The notes: a model not told the origin generated them from the sequence alone. A stretch of DNA of 59,416 nucleotides from Candidatus Geocrenenecus huangii (GCA_023254095.1 JALNLM010000005.1:56383-115798); one strand, 5' to 3'. Positions 11,348 through 21,730 are shown, counted from the first letter of the stretch. Numbers and translations: made by a program.

Positions 11348-11402
11348 AGAGGCCATGTTTCTCAGAGGAGAAGCCACGAAAAGGCTACCTGAAATCCTCC
11401 AA

Positions 11403-12089
11403 TTATTCTTCGATATACTTTTGTCTAAGGTTCTTCAATATCTCGATTACCCCCTCACCGTCTTCTCTCGAAGAAAGATAGTCCACTACTTCTTTGACGG
11501 ATCCGTCCGCATTTGACGGGGCAGCCTTTAGATCAGCGTTCTTAAGAATCCCAATATCCATCTCCGAGTCGCCTACCGCAACTAGATATCCATGAAAATC
11601 TATTGATCTCAATAATTCATTTAACCCCGTAGATTTATCAGTATTCCTGGGAAGTAGTAATAGCGAACCCTTATTATTCAATACCTTATATTCTACACCG
11701 ATTCTAGAAGCGATCTCATCGATTTCTTCCAAGCATCTTTTAGATAATAGGTTCACTGTGTTCTCTTTAAAGATTACATATTCTACTTTCTTCTTTACTT
11801 CACTGATAAACTGAAGCCAACGTTCATCAACCAAGATTCTATATTCGTTTGTTGAAGGAATGTATATCGAGATGCCTGCTTCGCAAACCCATCCATCAAA
11901 TAAGTTTCTTAAATCATCTCTAGACTCAAGATATCTTCTATCTCTCCCAGTAGCCAATATAAGTAGCCATCCCGCTTTCTTAAACTGCTCTAGCATGTTT
12001 CTCAACTCTGGAGTTACCCTATCTTCTCCGCCTTTCGTCAGTGTTCCGTCAAGGTCCAATACGAGTGCTTTACTCGATCTCAATCTCAA
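11403..12089 (-). CDS. HAD-superfamily (Cof/SPP-like) phosphatase
   Basis: DLDGTLT, ATGR, DKSTGL, VGDSEMD motifs. Confidence 0.9.
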   Translation of the reverse strand: MRLRSSKALVLDLDGTLTKGGEDRVTPELRNMLEQFKKAGWLLILATGRDRRYLESRDDLRNLFDGWVCEAGISIYIPSTNEYRILVDERWLQFISEVKKKVEYVIFKENTVNLLSKRCLEEIDEIASRIGVEYKVLNNKGSLLLLPRNTDKSTGLNELLRSIDFHGYLVAVGDSEMDIGILKNADLKAAPSNADGSVKEVVDYLSSREDGEGVIEILKNLRQKYIEE

Positions 12090-12807
12090 CTCCTCTTTTA
12101 TGAAACTCGCTGGAGAGTTTGTTTACTACCCATTTCATCTTCCGCTGGTTTACTATGTGGAGCAGTAGATCAACCTCGATTCTATCATCTGTCTGATTGA
12201 TTGAGATTATTCTTGGATCCTCGAAGAGCTCCGGTCTGATCTCGTTTAATGCCTCCATAATGGTTTCTTCAGTTTTATCAAGTTCTAATCCCTTGAAAAC
12301 TATCTTCAACTCTATCGATGTAGGAATGGTTGATGATTTGTTTATTACTGGATGCTTAAGAAAGAATTGGTTTGGGATTATTATCTTCTCTCCTTCAAGA
12401 GATACAATCTCTACATCTTGACTATTTATCGATAATATCCTGCCAGAGATCTTTCCAATTTTTATGAAGTCTCCCTCACCAAATGGTCTCCTAACTCTTA
12501 GATAGATTTCTCCCGCGTAATTTGAAAATATGTCTCTCATGCTTATCAATACAAATATGAATATCCCGATGGATACACCCGTCAGAACCACTATATCCAG
12601 ACTGAGTATGCTGAATGCTATGACCGCTCCTAATATTATAAGAAAGTATCTTAAGACTTCGGCGAACTTAGAAGCAAATGCTTGACCAAACTTGCTTAGA
12701 TTCTTCGTTATTATCTTTCTCAACCCTGAGCCTAGGAAGATCGAGAGAATTATAGATAATACTGCGAGGATTATTCTTATCATGAGAGAATATTCCTCTG
12801 GAGTCAT
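12070..12807 (-). CDS. Small-conductance mechanosensitive channel (MscS family)
   Basis: N-terminal TM helices, then RPFGEGDFIKIGKISGRI...IIPN beta domain. Confidence 0.85.
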   Translation of the reverse strand: MTPEEYSLMIRIILAVLSIILSIFLGSGLRKIITKNLSKFGQAFASKFAEVLRYFLIILGAVIAFSILSLDIVVLTGVSIGIFIFVLISMRDIFSNYAGEIYLRVRRPFGEGDFIKIGKISGRILSINSQDVEIVSLEGEKIIIPNQFFLKHPVINKSSTIPTSIELKIVFKGLELDKTEETIMEALNEIRPELFEDPRIISINQTDDRIEVDLLLHIVNQRKMKWVVNKLSSEFHKRGVEIEIE

Positions 12808-13466
12808 TTTCCACCTTCCTTGATCTTCTCTAGAAGATCTTTAATATCTTTATCTAGGCATGCGACGTACACTACATCTCCGACTTCAATATTCTCTGCA
12901 GAGCTGGTTCTTACTCTACTGTCAACTGATGTTGAAAAGAATGGAGGATCGTTCTTTAGTATGAAATTCCGGACTTTGCGTAGAATTCTCGCATCCTCGA
13001 TTTTAAGAGCATAGATTCCTCCATTAATTCTAGAAAACTCGTATATCGTGTTGGCCAAAAACTTATTTACTATTTCCTTTACTTTAGATGTAATTGTCTT
13101 GTATGGGTTGATTAGATATTTTATGTTTTCTCTTCTGAATATCGGTTCATTGAGAGGATTGTTCAATACAGCGATTACGATGGGTATCTCATTCCTAACC
13201 GAGTGTTTAGCATATCTTAGGTTGAGAGCGTCAGAGTCTGTTGCAGATATAAGGATATCTATTAGAGAACGATTTTTAACAATATATTCCTCTACCTTGT
13301 CTACACTTTGTTGTATGGCTTCCGCATATGGGAAAGTCTTCTTAAGCATTTCAATTTTCTCAGATGTAAATTCGATGATTACTATTCTTCCCTTCGAGTC
13401 TATCTCTCTAAGAGTTGTAACTGCAAAATATGCTAGATGACCTCCGCCTATCACTATAGATCTCAT
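12804..13466 (-). CDS. TrkA-N/RCK NAD-binding domain protein
   Basis: IVIGGGHLA Rossmann start; ISATDSDALNL; INPY. Confidence 0.8.
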   Translation of the reverse strand: MRSIVIGGGHLAYFAVTTLREIDSKGRIVIIEFTSEKIEMLKKTFPYAEAIQQSVDKVEEYIVKNRSLIDILISATDSDALNLRYAKHSVRNEIPIVIAVLNNPLNEPIFRRENIKYLINPYKTITSKVKEIVNKFLANTIYEFSRINGGIYALKIEDARILRKVRNFILKNDPPFFSTSVDSRVRTSSAENIEVGDVVYVACLDKDIKDLLEKIKEGGK

Positions 13467-14197
13467 ACGTATCCCTCCACACCTAGATCTATTTCACTTA
13501 TAGTTGAAATATATTTTTTCGCCCAGACCTCGTCTATTTTTTTATCCCTGAGAGCTCTTTTCAATATTGCTTCAGCTACTTGATAAGCCATATCTGTAAG
13601 AGAGTGGAGAGGCTTCATTTCATGTTCTTTAAATCCTAGATTTTCTTCAACAATCTTCACACCTTGGATGTATAAGTCTATCAATAGACCTACATCCACC
13701 CCCCATCCACTTTCGAACTCTACCTGGTAGAAGATTTTCCTCAATCCAGCAATCTCCCCACTCAATGGCTGTTTAAACTTAGCTAACTCAGGGTAAAACA
13801 TTCTTAGAAGAGGTTTAGCTACGAGTTCTGTGACCCTGCCTGCAGCTCTCTCAAAACATCCTTTGACAAATTCTGCCTTCTCCCTCATTATCGGCATGTA
13901 TAGTTTCTCAATAAATTGTGGTGTAAGATTAGTGACATCAATATCTACAAAGACTACTATGTCTCCAGATGAAAGATAAACCCCATCCCTCATAGCTACA
14001 CCCTTGCCAGGATAAACCAAGTCGCTTTGAATAATTACCCTGGCCCCCTCTTTTAAAGCAATATTTACCGTATTGTCAGAGCTCCCACCATCGACAACTA
14101 TAACTTCATGGACATGCTTAGCCTTAAAAGCTGTACGTACAGCTTTTGCAACATACTTCTCCCGATTCCTAGAAGGAAAAACGACGCTGACATTCAT
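13463..14197 (-). CDS. GT2-fold glycosyltransferase, glucosyl-3-phosphoglycerate synthase-like
   Basis: VVDGGSSDNT, GKGVAM, FVDID, GRVTELVAKPLL, QPLSGEIA, GWGVDVGLLID. Confidence 0.82.
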   Translation of the reverse strand: MNVSVVFPSRNREKYVAKAVRTAFKAKHVHEVIVVDGGSSDNTVNIALKEGARVIIQSDLVYPGKGVAMRDGVYLSSGDIVVFVDIDVTNLTPQFIEKLYMPIMREKAEFVKGCFERAAGRVTELVAKPLLRMFYPELAKFKQPLSGEIAGLRKIFYQVEFESGWGVDVGLLIDLYIQGVKIVEENLGFKEHEMKPLHSLTDMAYQVAEAILKRALRDKKIDEVWAKKYISTISEIDLGVEGYV

Positions 14198-14316
14198 AGA
14201 AATCCTGAACCTATAGAATCATAGAATCAACTAGTTTAATAAGCTAAGCAATTAATAATCAGGAACAAATAAATACTAAGAAAGATATAAATGGATAACG
14301 CATCTTTGTTAGCAGT

Positions 14317-14419
14317 GGGCCCGTGGCCTAGCACGGATATGGCGCCGGCCTCCTAAATCCTACCAGCATAATCGATGTGAGAAAGCCGGGGGTCGTGGGT
14401 TCGAGTCCCACCGGGCCCG
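14317..14419 (+). tRNA. tRNA-Arg(CCT) with 28-nt intron at 37/38 (14356-14383)
   Basis: Acceptor GGGCCCG/CGGGCCC, anticodon stem CCGGC/GCCGG around CT-CCT-A|A, T-loop GGTTCGAGTCC; TATA-like GATATAAA at ~14284. Confidence 0.93.
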
Positions 14420-14636
14420 CAGTTTCACGCACCATCTATGCTGCCGATGTAGACAATACTTTGATTCGAGTAAATGTAGAGATAACATAGAAACAATATC
14501 TCCTTAACAGCAATATGTAGCTGATACTTCAGTCTTAGGAATCTGGTTTAGATGATACTAATGGGTGGACTAACGTAAACAGGGTAAAAGATATATAGTT
14601 TATTAGTAGCTTTGTTTCTTTTCCATGTGGTCTATT

Positions 14637-14924
14637 ATGTCGAAGAGTAGGAAGAAGGAGACGCCATCGAAGAAGGCTGAGCTCCGTAGAATGTCAATCC
14701 TTGAACATGAGCTTGTCCCGCAACATAGAATACTTAGCCCAGAAGAAGCAAAAGAGATACTTGCCCGTTACGGTGTCCAGCCACAGCAGCTACCATACAT
14801 TCTAGTGACAGACCCGGTGGTTAAAGAGCTAGGAGCCAAGCCGGGAGACATAATAGAGATCAGAAGAAGATCTCCAACAGCTGGAGAAGCATTATACTAT
14901 CGCTTGGTAGTCACAGAAGAATGA
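14637..14924 (+). CDS. rpoH: DNA-directed RNA polymerase subunit H (Rpo5)
   Basis: [11 protein letters not shown]...[41 protein letters not shown]. Confidence 0.97.
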   Translation: MSKSRKKETPSKKAELRRMSILEHELVPQHRILSPEEAKEILARYGVQPQQLPYILVTDPVVKELGAKPGDIIEIRRRSPTAGEALYYRLVVTEE

Positions 14925-15198
14925 TAGCTTGATTATGTAGATCGTTTGTAGGACTATCGTTGACCATCCGTAGGGTTATGCATCTAGCAGGATAGGATAT
15001 GGGACCTGGAGATGTAACCATAATGTATCCGATCCATGCAGCTACGAAACATGCTCCAAGAACGATCATCAGTACAGGGATCTTAACTGCAAGCTCTGGG
15101 TCTATTGGAAGAAGACCGAAAAACCATAATACATAGAATACTCCGAAGACCATGGATAAAGACATGACTGTTACGCCTACAAGCTTCCCGACCCTCAT
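14911..15198 (-). CDS. Small two-TM membrane protein
   Basis: Two hydrophobic helices ending in [10 protein letters not shown]; start chosen at MRVGK. Confidence 0.55.
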   Translation of the reverse strand: MRVGKLVGVTVMSLSMVFGVFYVLWFFGLLPIDPELAVKIPVLMIVLGACFVAAWIGYIMVTSPGPISYPARCITLRMVNDSPTNDLHNQAIILL

Positions 15199-15267
15199 CT
15201 CTAAGATAATTATCACATACAATTACAATTTATTTATTAATGATTTATTCTATCTTTCCTTGGATAG

Positions 15268-15693
15268 ATGATGAGTAGGGAAGAGCTTTACGACCTGAGA
15301 GGCAAGACTCTCCAAGTATATCTACTCCTGCTGAGAAGAGGGAAACCCCTAGGCATTAGAGAAGTCCAGAGAGAATTAGGATTCTCAAGCCCGAGCATAG
15401 CATACCATCATCTCGAGAAACTTAAAGAAATGAAGATAGTTGTAAAAGACGAGCTAGGTAGATACAGTGTTTCAGAGAAAGTGGATGTCGGGATACTTAA
15501 GATGTTTATAGTGGTTGGAGGTAGATTCCTACCCCGATTCCTATTCTATGCAGTATTCTTCACGTCCCTAACTCTACTCTACATACTAAACCATTACCCT
15601 GGCTTAGACGTCTATGCTTTAACATTCTCATCGGCTTCGATGATAATCTCATGGTATGAAACTGCGAGAATCTGGAAACGTAGAGAATGGTGA
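15268..15693 (+). CDS. Membrane-anchored winged-helix transcription regulator
   Basis: N-terminal wHTH (GIREVQRELGFSSPSIAYHHLEKL) followed by two TM helices. Confidence 0.8.
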   Translation: MMSREELYDLRGKTLQVYLLLLRRGKPLGIREVQRELGFSSPSIAYHHLEKLKEMKIVVKDELGRYSVSEKVDVGILKMFIVVGGRFLPRFLFYAVFFTSLTLLYILNHYPGLDVYALTFSSASMIISWYETARIWKRREW

Positions 15694-15892
15694 ACATGGA
15701 GGTTACCTGTAATGAAGAATCATCTCAGCTATTTATCAATGGGGGATAAACTGATTTATGAATACTGTATAGGATATTTTCTAACAATCTATGATAAGAC
15801 TTACTCAGCCATTAGTTCTCTGAGACATAGAATAATAGGCGATCTAATCTCTAGACTTATCAATAAGATGAACGTCTATATGGTGGGCTAAC

Positions 15893-16225
15893 TTGAAGCT
15901 GGTGAAGATAGTAGGGTTAGCAGTAATCTTATCGATAATAGTATATTATATGCCATCATTCTTTATAGGGTTTAGCGTGAGTACGATAGGTATAGAACGT
16001 AAAACTTTGGCCCCCACGGTAGTTGATACTCGGACAGATGTGGGAACCTTAAGATTTTTCGCAGATAACTCGACTCAGAATACCGTGGCTGGATCTACTC
16101 TCGAGAAGGGCTCCGTCCAGGATGGTGCCATGGGTAAGCCTATTCAAATATTTATCTCCAATATCTTCATCTCTATGATTACGGCTATGATGGCTTACAC
16201 CATAGTTAGGAGAATTTATAGATGA
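15893..16225 (+). CDS. Hypothetical membrane protein
   Basis: N- and C-terminal hydrophobic helices; SD-like GGTGGG upstream. Confidence 0.6.
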   Translation: MKLVKIVGLAVILSIIVYYMPSFFIGFSVSTIGIERKTLAPTVVDTRTDVGTLRFFADNSTQNTVAGSTLEKGSVQDGAMGKPIQIFISNIFISMITAMMAYTIVRRIYR

Positions 16226-16317
16226 TGTTGTTGTTCTACCTGGACAGGTTTACGTGAAAATACTTATATGAGACTTGGTCGATTTCCTTACAGTAGTGTT
16301 TAACGAGATTCATCTGG

Positions 16318-17262
16318 ATGGGGGAATCAATGGATATTCTTAGCTTCTTTATTCCTGGAAGACTCGTCCAATCTATTCTATCTAGTAGGAGCGAGCTTAA
16401 GAATAAGCTTATATCCGGTGTGGTTTTCGTAGCAGTATCTATAATCGCATTAACATTTCTCTCCTCATTCTTCATAGAAGAAAAGATCGAGGCAAAATTC
16501 TTGTTAAGCGGGTTCGAGAATGTCGAGCTACCTTATCCAAGTTTCTCTCAAATACTTATAACTAGGATTATCTATACTGGGCTAGCCATATTAATTGTAT
16601 TCATTATATCAAGACTTGCATTGTATTTCATTAAGAGAGAAGATGCGAAGATAAGCGTTCTAGCAACGTTCATCCTTAGTTCTTTCATTGTCATGGTAAT
16701 AGCAACGGCGGTAGTAGCCCCTATACTGGTCGCACAGCCTAAAGCTCCATACGTAATAGTGGAGACAGAGCTTCAAGACGTTACAGTATATAATGGTTCT
16801 TTCACAGGATATGCAGAGCAAGGCATAGTAACAATCACCTCGCCAGTACTAAACATAGGATATCTCAGAGCTTATAGAGTTATGCCAGACATGAAGATGG
16901 TAGATTGGAGAGTTCAAAGTATAGAAGAGATAGAAAAACTAGTCCAGGAATCTAGAACAGTACTCAATATGAGTAGCATCAAGTGGGTTGAAGAAGGGGT
17001 AGAAAAGAACCTGGACAGATTAGAACTTGCTACTGGACAGTGGACGACTATGCGTTACAACATATACGTTAATGCTATGTGGCTTAATGTCGGGCCATCT
17101 ATCTCAACCCAGATCTTCTCGATGTTCTCGCCGATAAGCTGGGGGCTAACACTCCTATTCATAACTAGATGCTTCATGAAAACATATCAAACCTCTATGT
17201 CGGCGGCTGCACTCCTCTGGATATTAACCTACTTCATTTTCTTCATCATGGGATTAATGTAG
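16318..17262 (+). CDS. Hypothetical multi-pass membrane protein with extracellular loop (Yip1-like topology)
   Basis: About five TM segments flanking a soluble insert. Confidence 0.65.
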   Translation: MGESMDILSFFIPGRLVQSILSSRSELKNKLISGVVFVAVSIIALTFLSSFFIEEKIEAKFLLSGFENVELPYPSFSQILITRIIYTGLAILIVFIISRLALYFIKREDAKISVLATFILSSFIVMVIATAVVAPILVAQPKAPYVIVETELQDVTVYNGSFTGYAEQGIVTITSPVLNIGYLRAYRVMPDMKMVDWRVQSIEEIEKLVQESRTVLNMSSIKWVEEGVEKNLDRLELATGQWTTMRYNIYVNAMWLNVGPSISTQIFSMFSPISWGLTLLFITRCFMKTYQTSMSAAALLWILTYFIFFIMGLM

Positions 17263-17383
17263 GATGAAAGAAACAGTAAGAGTATACCTATCTGGTCAAC
17301 CTACCTAGTGAAGTACCGCATCACCCTTTCCGAGTATATCATAGGCGAGCTTTCTCTCAATACTATGATGGAGTAATCACTCT

Positions 17384-18154
17384 TTAGGCTATACGATTAT
17401 CTTGCTTTAAGATTCTTCCAGCATGGTCTATCTCTCTATCCATTATCCTCGTACTAGAGATTGGTTTACCATCGTCTGCTAATACAAGTGGGCATACGAT
17501 AACATCTAGAGGTTTTAAGCCTTTCTTTACTCTAATGTCGTTTATCTCTATAGCTCTCGTATATGTCATAGGGCTTACCACAAGCAACTCTATCGATTCA
17601 TCTTCTATAGTTGGACCATACGCATCTCTTAACATAACTATCTCGCATCTATCAAGCCAGTTCCTGGAGGAGAGTATGGAAGCCAATTTCTCAATTCTTT
17701 CATTATAAGGGCTGACTGGGTGACTCTTAACTAGAGTTTTAACAAATTCATCTCCAGTAACACCTATAACTAGTCTCTCACTATACTTTAAAGCAGTGTA
17801 GACTAACATCAAATGTCCATAATGCACTTCATTGAATGTTCCACCTATAGCCGCCTTACTATATTTTGGATCTGGAAATTCCTTCATGATTTCTTCTTCA
17901 ACATCTTCTCTCCACATCCTAACTTCATCGAGGATAACCATCGCTTCCCCAATAGGTATATTTAGTAATGCTGAAAGCTCCCCAAAAGATATATCTGGGT
18001 CTTCCATCAAGACTACTTCTCTTACATATGCCTTATGTTCACCATAAAGAGGCATGGATTTAACGAGCTCGACTAATATGCTCCATAAAGGATTATTCTT
18101 TAAGTCTCGAGGAACACGTTTCAAGCCTAAGAATGCTTCATACATCTTGATCAC
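17384..18154 (-). CDS. coaD: Archaeal phosphopantetheine adenylyltransferase with extra N-terminal domain
   Basis: GGTFNEVHYGH (HxGH), DAYGPT, LVVSPMT, ISSTRI; ~95-aa N-terminal extension. Confidence 0.85.
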   Translation of the reverse strand: MIKMYEAFLGLKRVPRDLKNNPLWSILVELVKSMPLYGEHKAYVREVVLMEDPDISFGELSALLNIPIGEAMVILDEVRMWREDVEEEIMKEFPDPKYSKAAIGGTFNEVHYGHLMLVYTALKYSERLVIGVTGDEFVKTLVKSHPVSPYNERIEKLASILSSRNWLDRCEIVMLRDAYGPTIEDESIELLVVSPMTYTRAIEINDIRVKKGLKPLDVIVCPLVLADDGKPISSTRIMDREIDHAGRILKQDNRIA

Positions 18155-18444
18155 CCAGATACTGCGTACTGCTCTCTAATTAGTTCTTCCAAATGCAACC
18201 CTCCTCCCGGTTTTATTAATCGTAAACCAGTATTATCAATGGTAAAATAGCTGTTTACTTCTTGGATTATAACAGTTTATAGAGGGAAATAAACCAGGCA
18301 GAGTAAGATTCTTTTAGCAAAGCAGAAGAGAGATTTTGAGTAAACAATGGAATTGGAGACGCCGCATTGGGTAATTCATGTTTGATTATTAAACAAACAA
18401 TGTGTTTATATAAGCTTTATATCACGCAGAAATTGTGTGAAGTT

Positions 18445-18987
18445 ATGTTGTCCCTCGCCGAGATAGTGCCTCCTCAACCCCCTCCATGGCTGGACCCTAC
18501 AGTATATCTTACTAATCTAGGCTGGGTTCTGCTGAGAACCTTTGTAACATTTCTCTTAATTTTCTTCATCGGCATTGGTTCTTTACGTGTACTAGATTAC
18601 ATTACACCTGGAATAAGTGAGATCTCTAAGGTTAGAAGTAACCCTATAGCGGTAGCACTGTTTGCTGCTGGTTTCTTCGTCTATCTTTCCTTCGCGGTTA
18701 TAGCCTCCATGATCTCTCCTCTACCCATTGGAACTACTACGGGATTAGTGTCGGGAGTTAACCCTCTAGTGTTGCTGACGTATAAGTTGATAACGTTATT
18801 CTTTGGGGTATTAATCTCTCTTCTATTCGCATTCATATATTATAGGATCCTTGCAAAGATAGAACCTTATGGAATCGACTTAGACGACGTTGATAAAGAA
18901 CCTATAGCTGTCGGAATATACTTAATGGGATACTTAATATTCTTAGGTGCAATAGTCTATGTTGCGCTGCTTCTACCCGTGGTGTAG
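18445..18987 (+). CDS. Membrane protein with two DUF350-like repeats
   Basis: Internal repeat (DYITPGI...NPIAVAL / KIEPYGID...EPIAVGI); four TM helices. Confidence 0.65.
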   Translation: MLSLAEIVPPQPPPWLDPTVYLTNLGWVLLRTFVTFLLIFFIGIGSLRVLDYITPGISEISKVRSNPIAVALFAAGFFVYLSFAVIASMISPLPIGTTTGLVSGVNPLVLLTYKLITLFFGVLISLLFAFIYYRILAKIEPYGIDLDDVDKEPIAVGIYLMGYLIFLGAIVYVALLLPVV

Positions 18988-19444
18988 AATCTTATGTTGA
19001 GTGAAGAAATACGGATTCAATGTTCGTCTTTAAACCTAAACCCGACGAGGTCTCCAAATAGCGGATGCCTATCAAGAAAGCAAGATACATCCCTTAGAGA
19101 AGTCTGGAGTAGTCTATATGGGCGTCGGCTTGACGATCATTTTAAGCTCACTCTTCATAACATAATTTCTAATGAATACTTAGGAATACTTGCTACAATA
19201 GGTTTATGGGTTGTGCATCTACGTTTTTTCTCAGTAACAATTTTTCACAAAGGGTTAACACACTATTTCGCTAAGATGGTATTGATAGAGATAGCGTTTT
19301 TCTCAATACTGGCTAGATTAGACTCAAACATTGTTCCTGCACATCCATCTATTCAACAAGCTTCTCCACAAGATATTGGATACCGTTCTGCACATGGGTG
19401 TCTAGCATATCTTAGAGACATATCTTGTAGGAGGTGCCGCTACA

Positions 19445-21034
19445 CTGTATAATAAGGCCGCGCTATTAGCTTTCATACTGATATTGTCTTTGACGGTTAC
19501 TTTTATTCTTCCAGCGTGTATTCCTCAAGAAGAATTTGAATGGAATAGGCCTATACATTTCTTGGGGCCTCAAAAAACTTTGGTGGTTATGGTGGAGTTC
19601 ACAGATGTTAGATTGAGAACCTCGATACAGAGATTGGAAGGATTCGTGAATATAGTTAACAACTTCATCAAGACCAGCTCTTACGGTAAAACATGGTTAG
19701 ACTACTACATTTATCCGAGAGTGATAAGGTTGCCGAAGAATATGGCATACTACGGTGGGCCAAGCCCTGGAAGTCAAAGGGGGGACGACCCATTAAGATC
19801 AATAGAGTTCAAGTATCAAACTATCAAGTTATTTAAGGAAAGCTCTGGTATGGATATAACCCAGTTTACACATGTGATAATAGTACATGCAGGTGGAGAT
19901 GAAGCTGTAAGTAGTTCACCTAACGATATATGGAGTAGCTGCATGATGTCTAAAGGCATATACTTCCTTATAGAAAAGTATGGATTCGAAGCCATCTATG
20001 AAGAGCTTGGGAGATCCGACCTAGAATATCAGATGCTTAGAGATACACTTATGCATAGGAAGCCGAATGGAGAGGCATACTTACTCGCTGGAGTGGAAAC
20101 AGTAGCCGAAGAAGATATGCCATCGATTATGATTCATGAGTTTACTCACAGTATGTGGATATATGATTTGTATGCATACTCAAAAGATGGTTACAGCGCA
20201 GGATCTGAAGTAGGAGTATGGACCAACATGGATTCCGGCCCATACCTAGATCCTCCCGTCGACATTGATGGATGGTCTAAATACCTGCTTGGCTGGATAG
20301 AGGTTGTCGAGGTGAAAGTAGACGGTGAATACACTATTAATACTTTAGATAAACCTGTTGAACCTCATGGAATAATAATACCGATAAATGATAAGGAATA
20401 TTACTTCATACATGCAAGAAGACCCGTAGGTCAGGATTCTGCTCTACCTGGCCCAGGCGTGCTGGTATTCAAAGTTAACAAATATAGATCCCGGAATATT
20501 GAGGGAGAACCATATATGGTTAGATTCTTTGATGCAAATCCTGAAACACCTGTAGAATGTAACTCATTTAGAAAGGAAGCAATTAGGCTTTGTGAGACTC
20601 TCGATGCGCCCTACTTCGATCATGAACATTACAGCGGAGAGTGGAGAGACGCTAGTGGAAGAAAATTCGTCATAAATCTCCTGACCGAAGACGTTGCTAC
20701 AGAAGAAGGCTACTACATGAAAGTTACTGAATTTGAAGAAGAGGAAGGGATCGCTAAGATACGTGTTAGTTTAGATGGAGCCGAGACCCCGGCAGAAGCA
20801 ACCATTACTAAGACTATTACAGGAGAATACACGGAGACGGCGTATACTACGGTGGCCACTTATGGAACTGTTACGGAGACTGTCGTAGTAACTGTTACTG
20901 TTAAGCCTCTCCCACCCTCAAATAACATCATGCATTACCTCTCAATAATCATAATAACTATAGCAATAATCTCCGCTTTCTTAATAATGATCTTTAGGAG
21001 AAAGCGTCTTCCACCACCTCCTCGAGAATGGTAG
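19445..21034 (+). CDS. Membrane-anchored M6 (immune inhibitor A)-like zinc metalloprotease
   Basis: IIVHAGGDE, HEFTH (HExxH) followed by YDLY, Thr-rich linker and C-terminal TM. Signal peptide is complete only if started at CTG 19445 after GGAGGTG (ORF-track start 19484). Confidence 0.85.
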   Translation: MYNKAALLAFILILSLTVTFILPACIPQEEFEWNRPIHFLGPQKTLVVMVEFTDVRLRTSIQRLEGFVNIVNNFIKTSSYGKTWLDYYIYPRVIRLPKNMAYYGGPSPGSQRGDDPLRSIEFKYQTIKLFKESSGMDITQFTHVIIVHAGGDEAVSSSPNDIWSSCMMSKGIYFLIEKYGFEAIYEELGRSDLEYQMLRDTLMHRKPNGEAYLLAGVETVAEEDMPSIMIHEFTHSMWIYDLYAYSKDGYSAGSEVGVWTNMDSGPYLDPPVDIDGWSKYLLGWIEVVEVKVDGEYTINTLDKPVEPHGIIIPINDKEYYFIHARRPVGQDSALPGPGVLVFKVNKYRSRNIEGEPYMVRFFDANPETPVECNSFRKEAIRLCETLDAPYFDHEHYSGEWRDASGRKFVINLLTEDVATEEGYYMKVTEFEEEEGIAKIRVSLDGAETPAEATITKTITGEYTETAYTTVATYGTVTETVVVTVTVKPLPPSNNIMHYLSIIIITIAIISAFLIMIFRRKRLPPPPREW

Positions 21035-21493
21035 AAGAGTAAACGCCTAGGCATCCAGCAGCATCGAAAAGATTTATTACATCTTCATGATCTCAGCATT
21101 CATCAACACATACCACATCCATAGAGTTTGTATAATCGAGCGTCGAGAACTCTTAAAATCATCGGCACCTAAGAAGCAAGTTGAAAGTAGAGGGCCAGAG
21201 TCTGCAAAAATATATTTAAGGAAAAAAGGGGAGCCCACTCTTCAAAATGTGGAAAGCTCTCTAACATGTACTAAACAGTGTGATGAACATTATTATCATA
21301 ATTATAGTTGACGAGTTTAATGATTTTCTGAGAATAATCAGCCAGCATCTAGAAAGCTTCAAAACTCATACGAGCCATCCAAGAAGATCATTTGCAACTA
21401 TCTTCGGATCAAGGACTCCGCGTAACAATCTTTCTTAAAGGCTTCAGCATAGATTTTTATTGTAGAGACCCTAAATAATTATGTTGGAGTAAA

Positions 21494-21730
21494 TTGGAGA
21501 AAGACCGATTGATAGCTAAGCTTACCGAAGACCTTAATCTCTGTGAAGGATACTTAAAGAAAGAGGCGAGATTAGACTTAGTCTTAAGGATTTTAGAAGA
21601 ATTAATGAATGAAATAGAAGAAGCGAAGAAGGAAAATATGCCTATGTATGATATAGAGGAAAGAGTGAGGATACTGTACCATAGAGCTTCTGCCCTCGTA
21701 ACCCTTAATGGAGAAAAAGCTAGAAAATAA
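21494..21730 (+). CDS. Small hypothetical helical protein
   Basis: 78-aa charged helical ORF with GGAG SD, upstream of eIF5A. Confidence 0.6.
   Translation: MEKDRLIAKLTEDLNLCEGYLKKEARLDLVLRILEELMNEIEEAKKENMPMYDIEERVRILYHRASALVTLNGEKARK

Noticed and set aside
18994-19452. 152-aa ORF in the ORF track
   Set aside because: Atypical composition and no motif; it overlaps the probable SD/start of the protease gene and is likely spurious.
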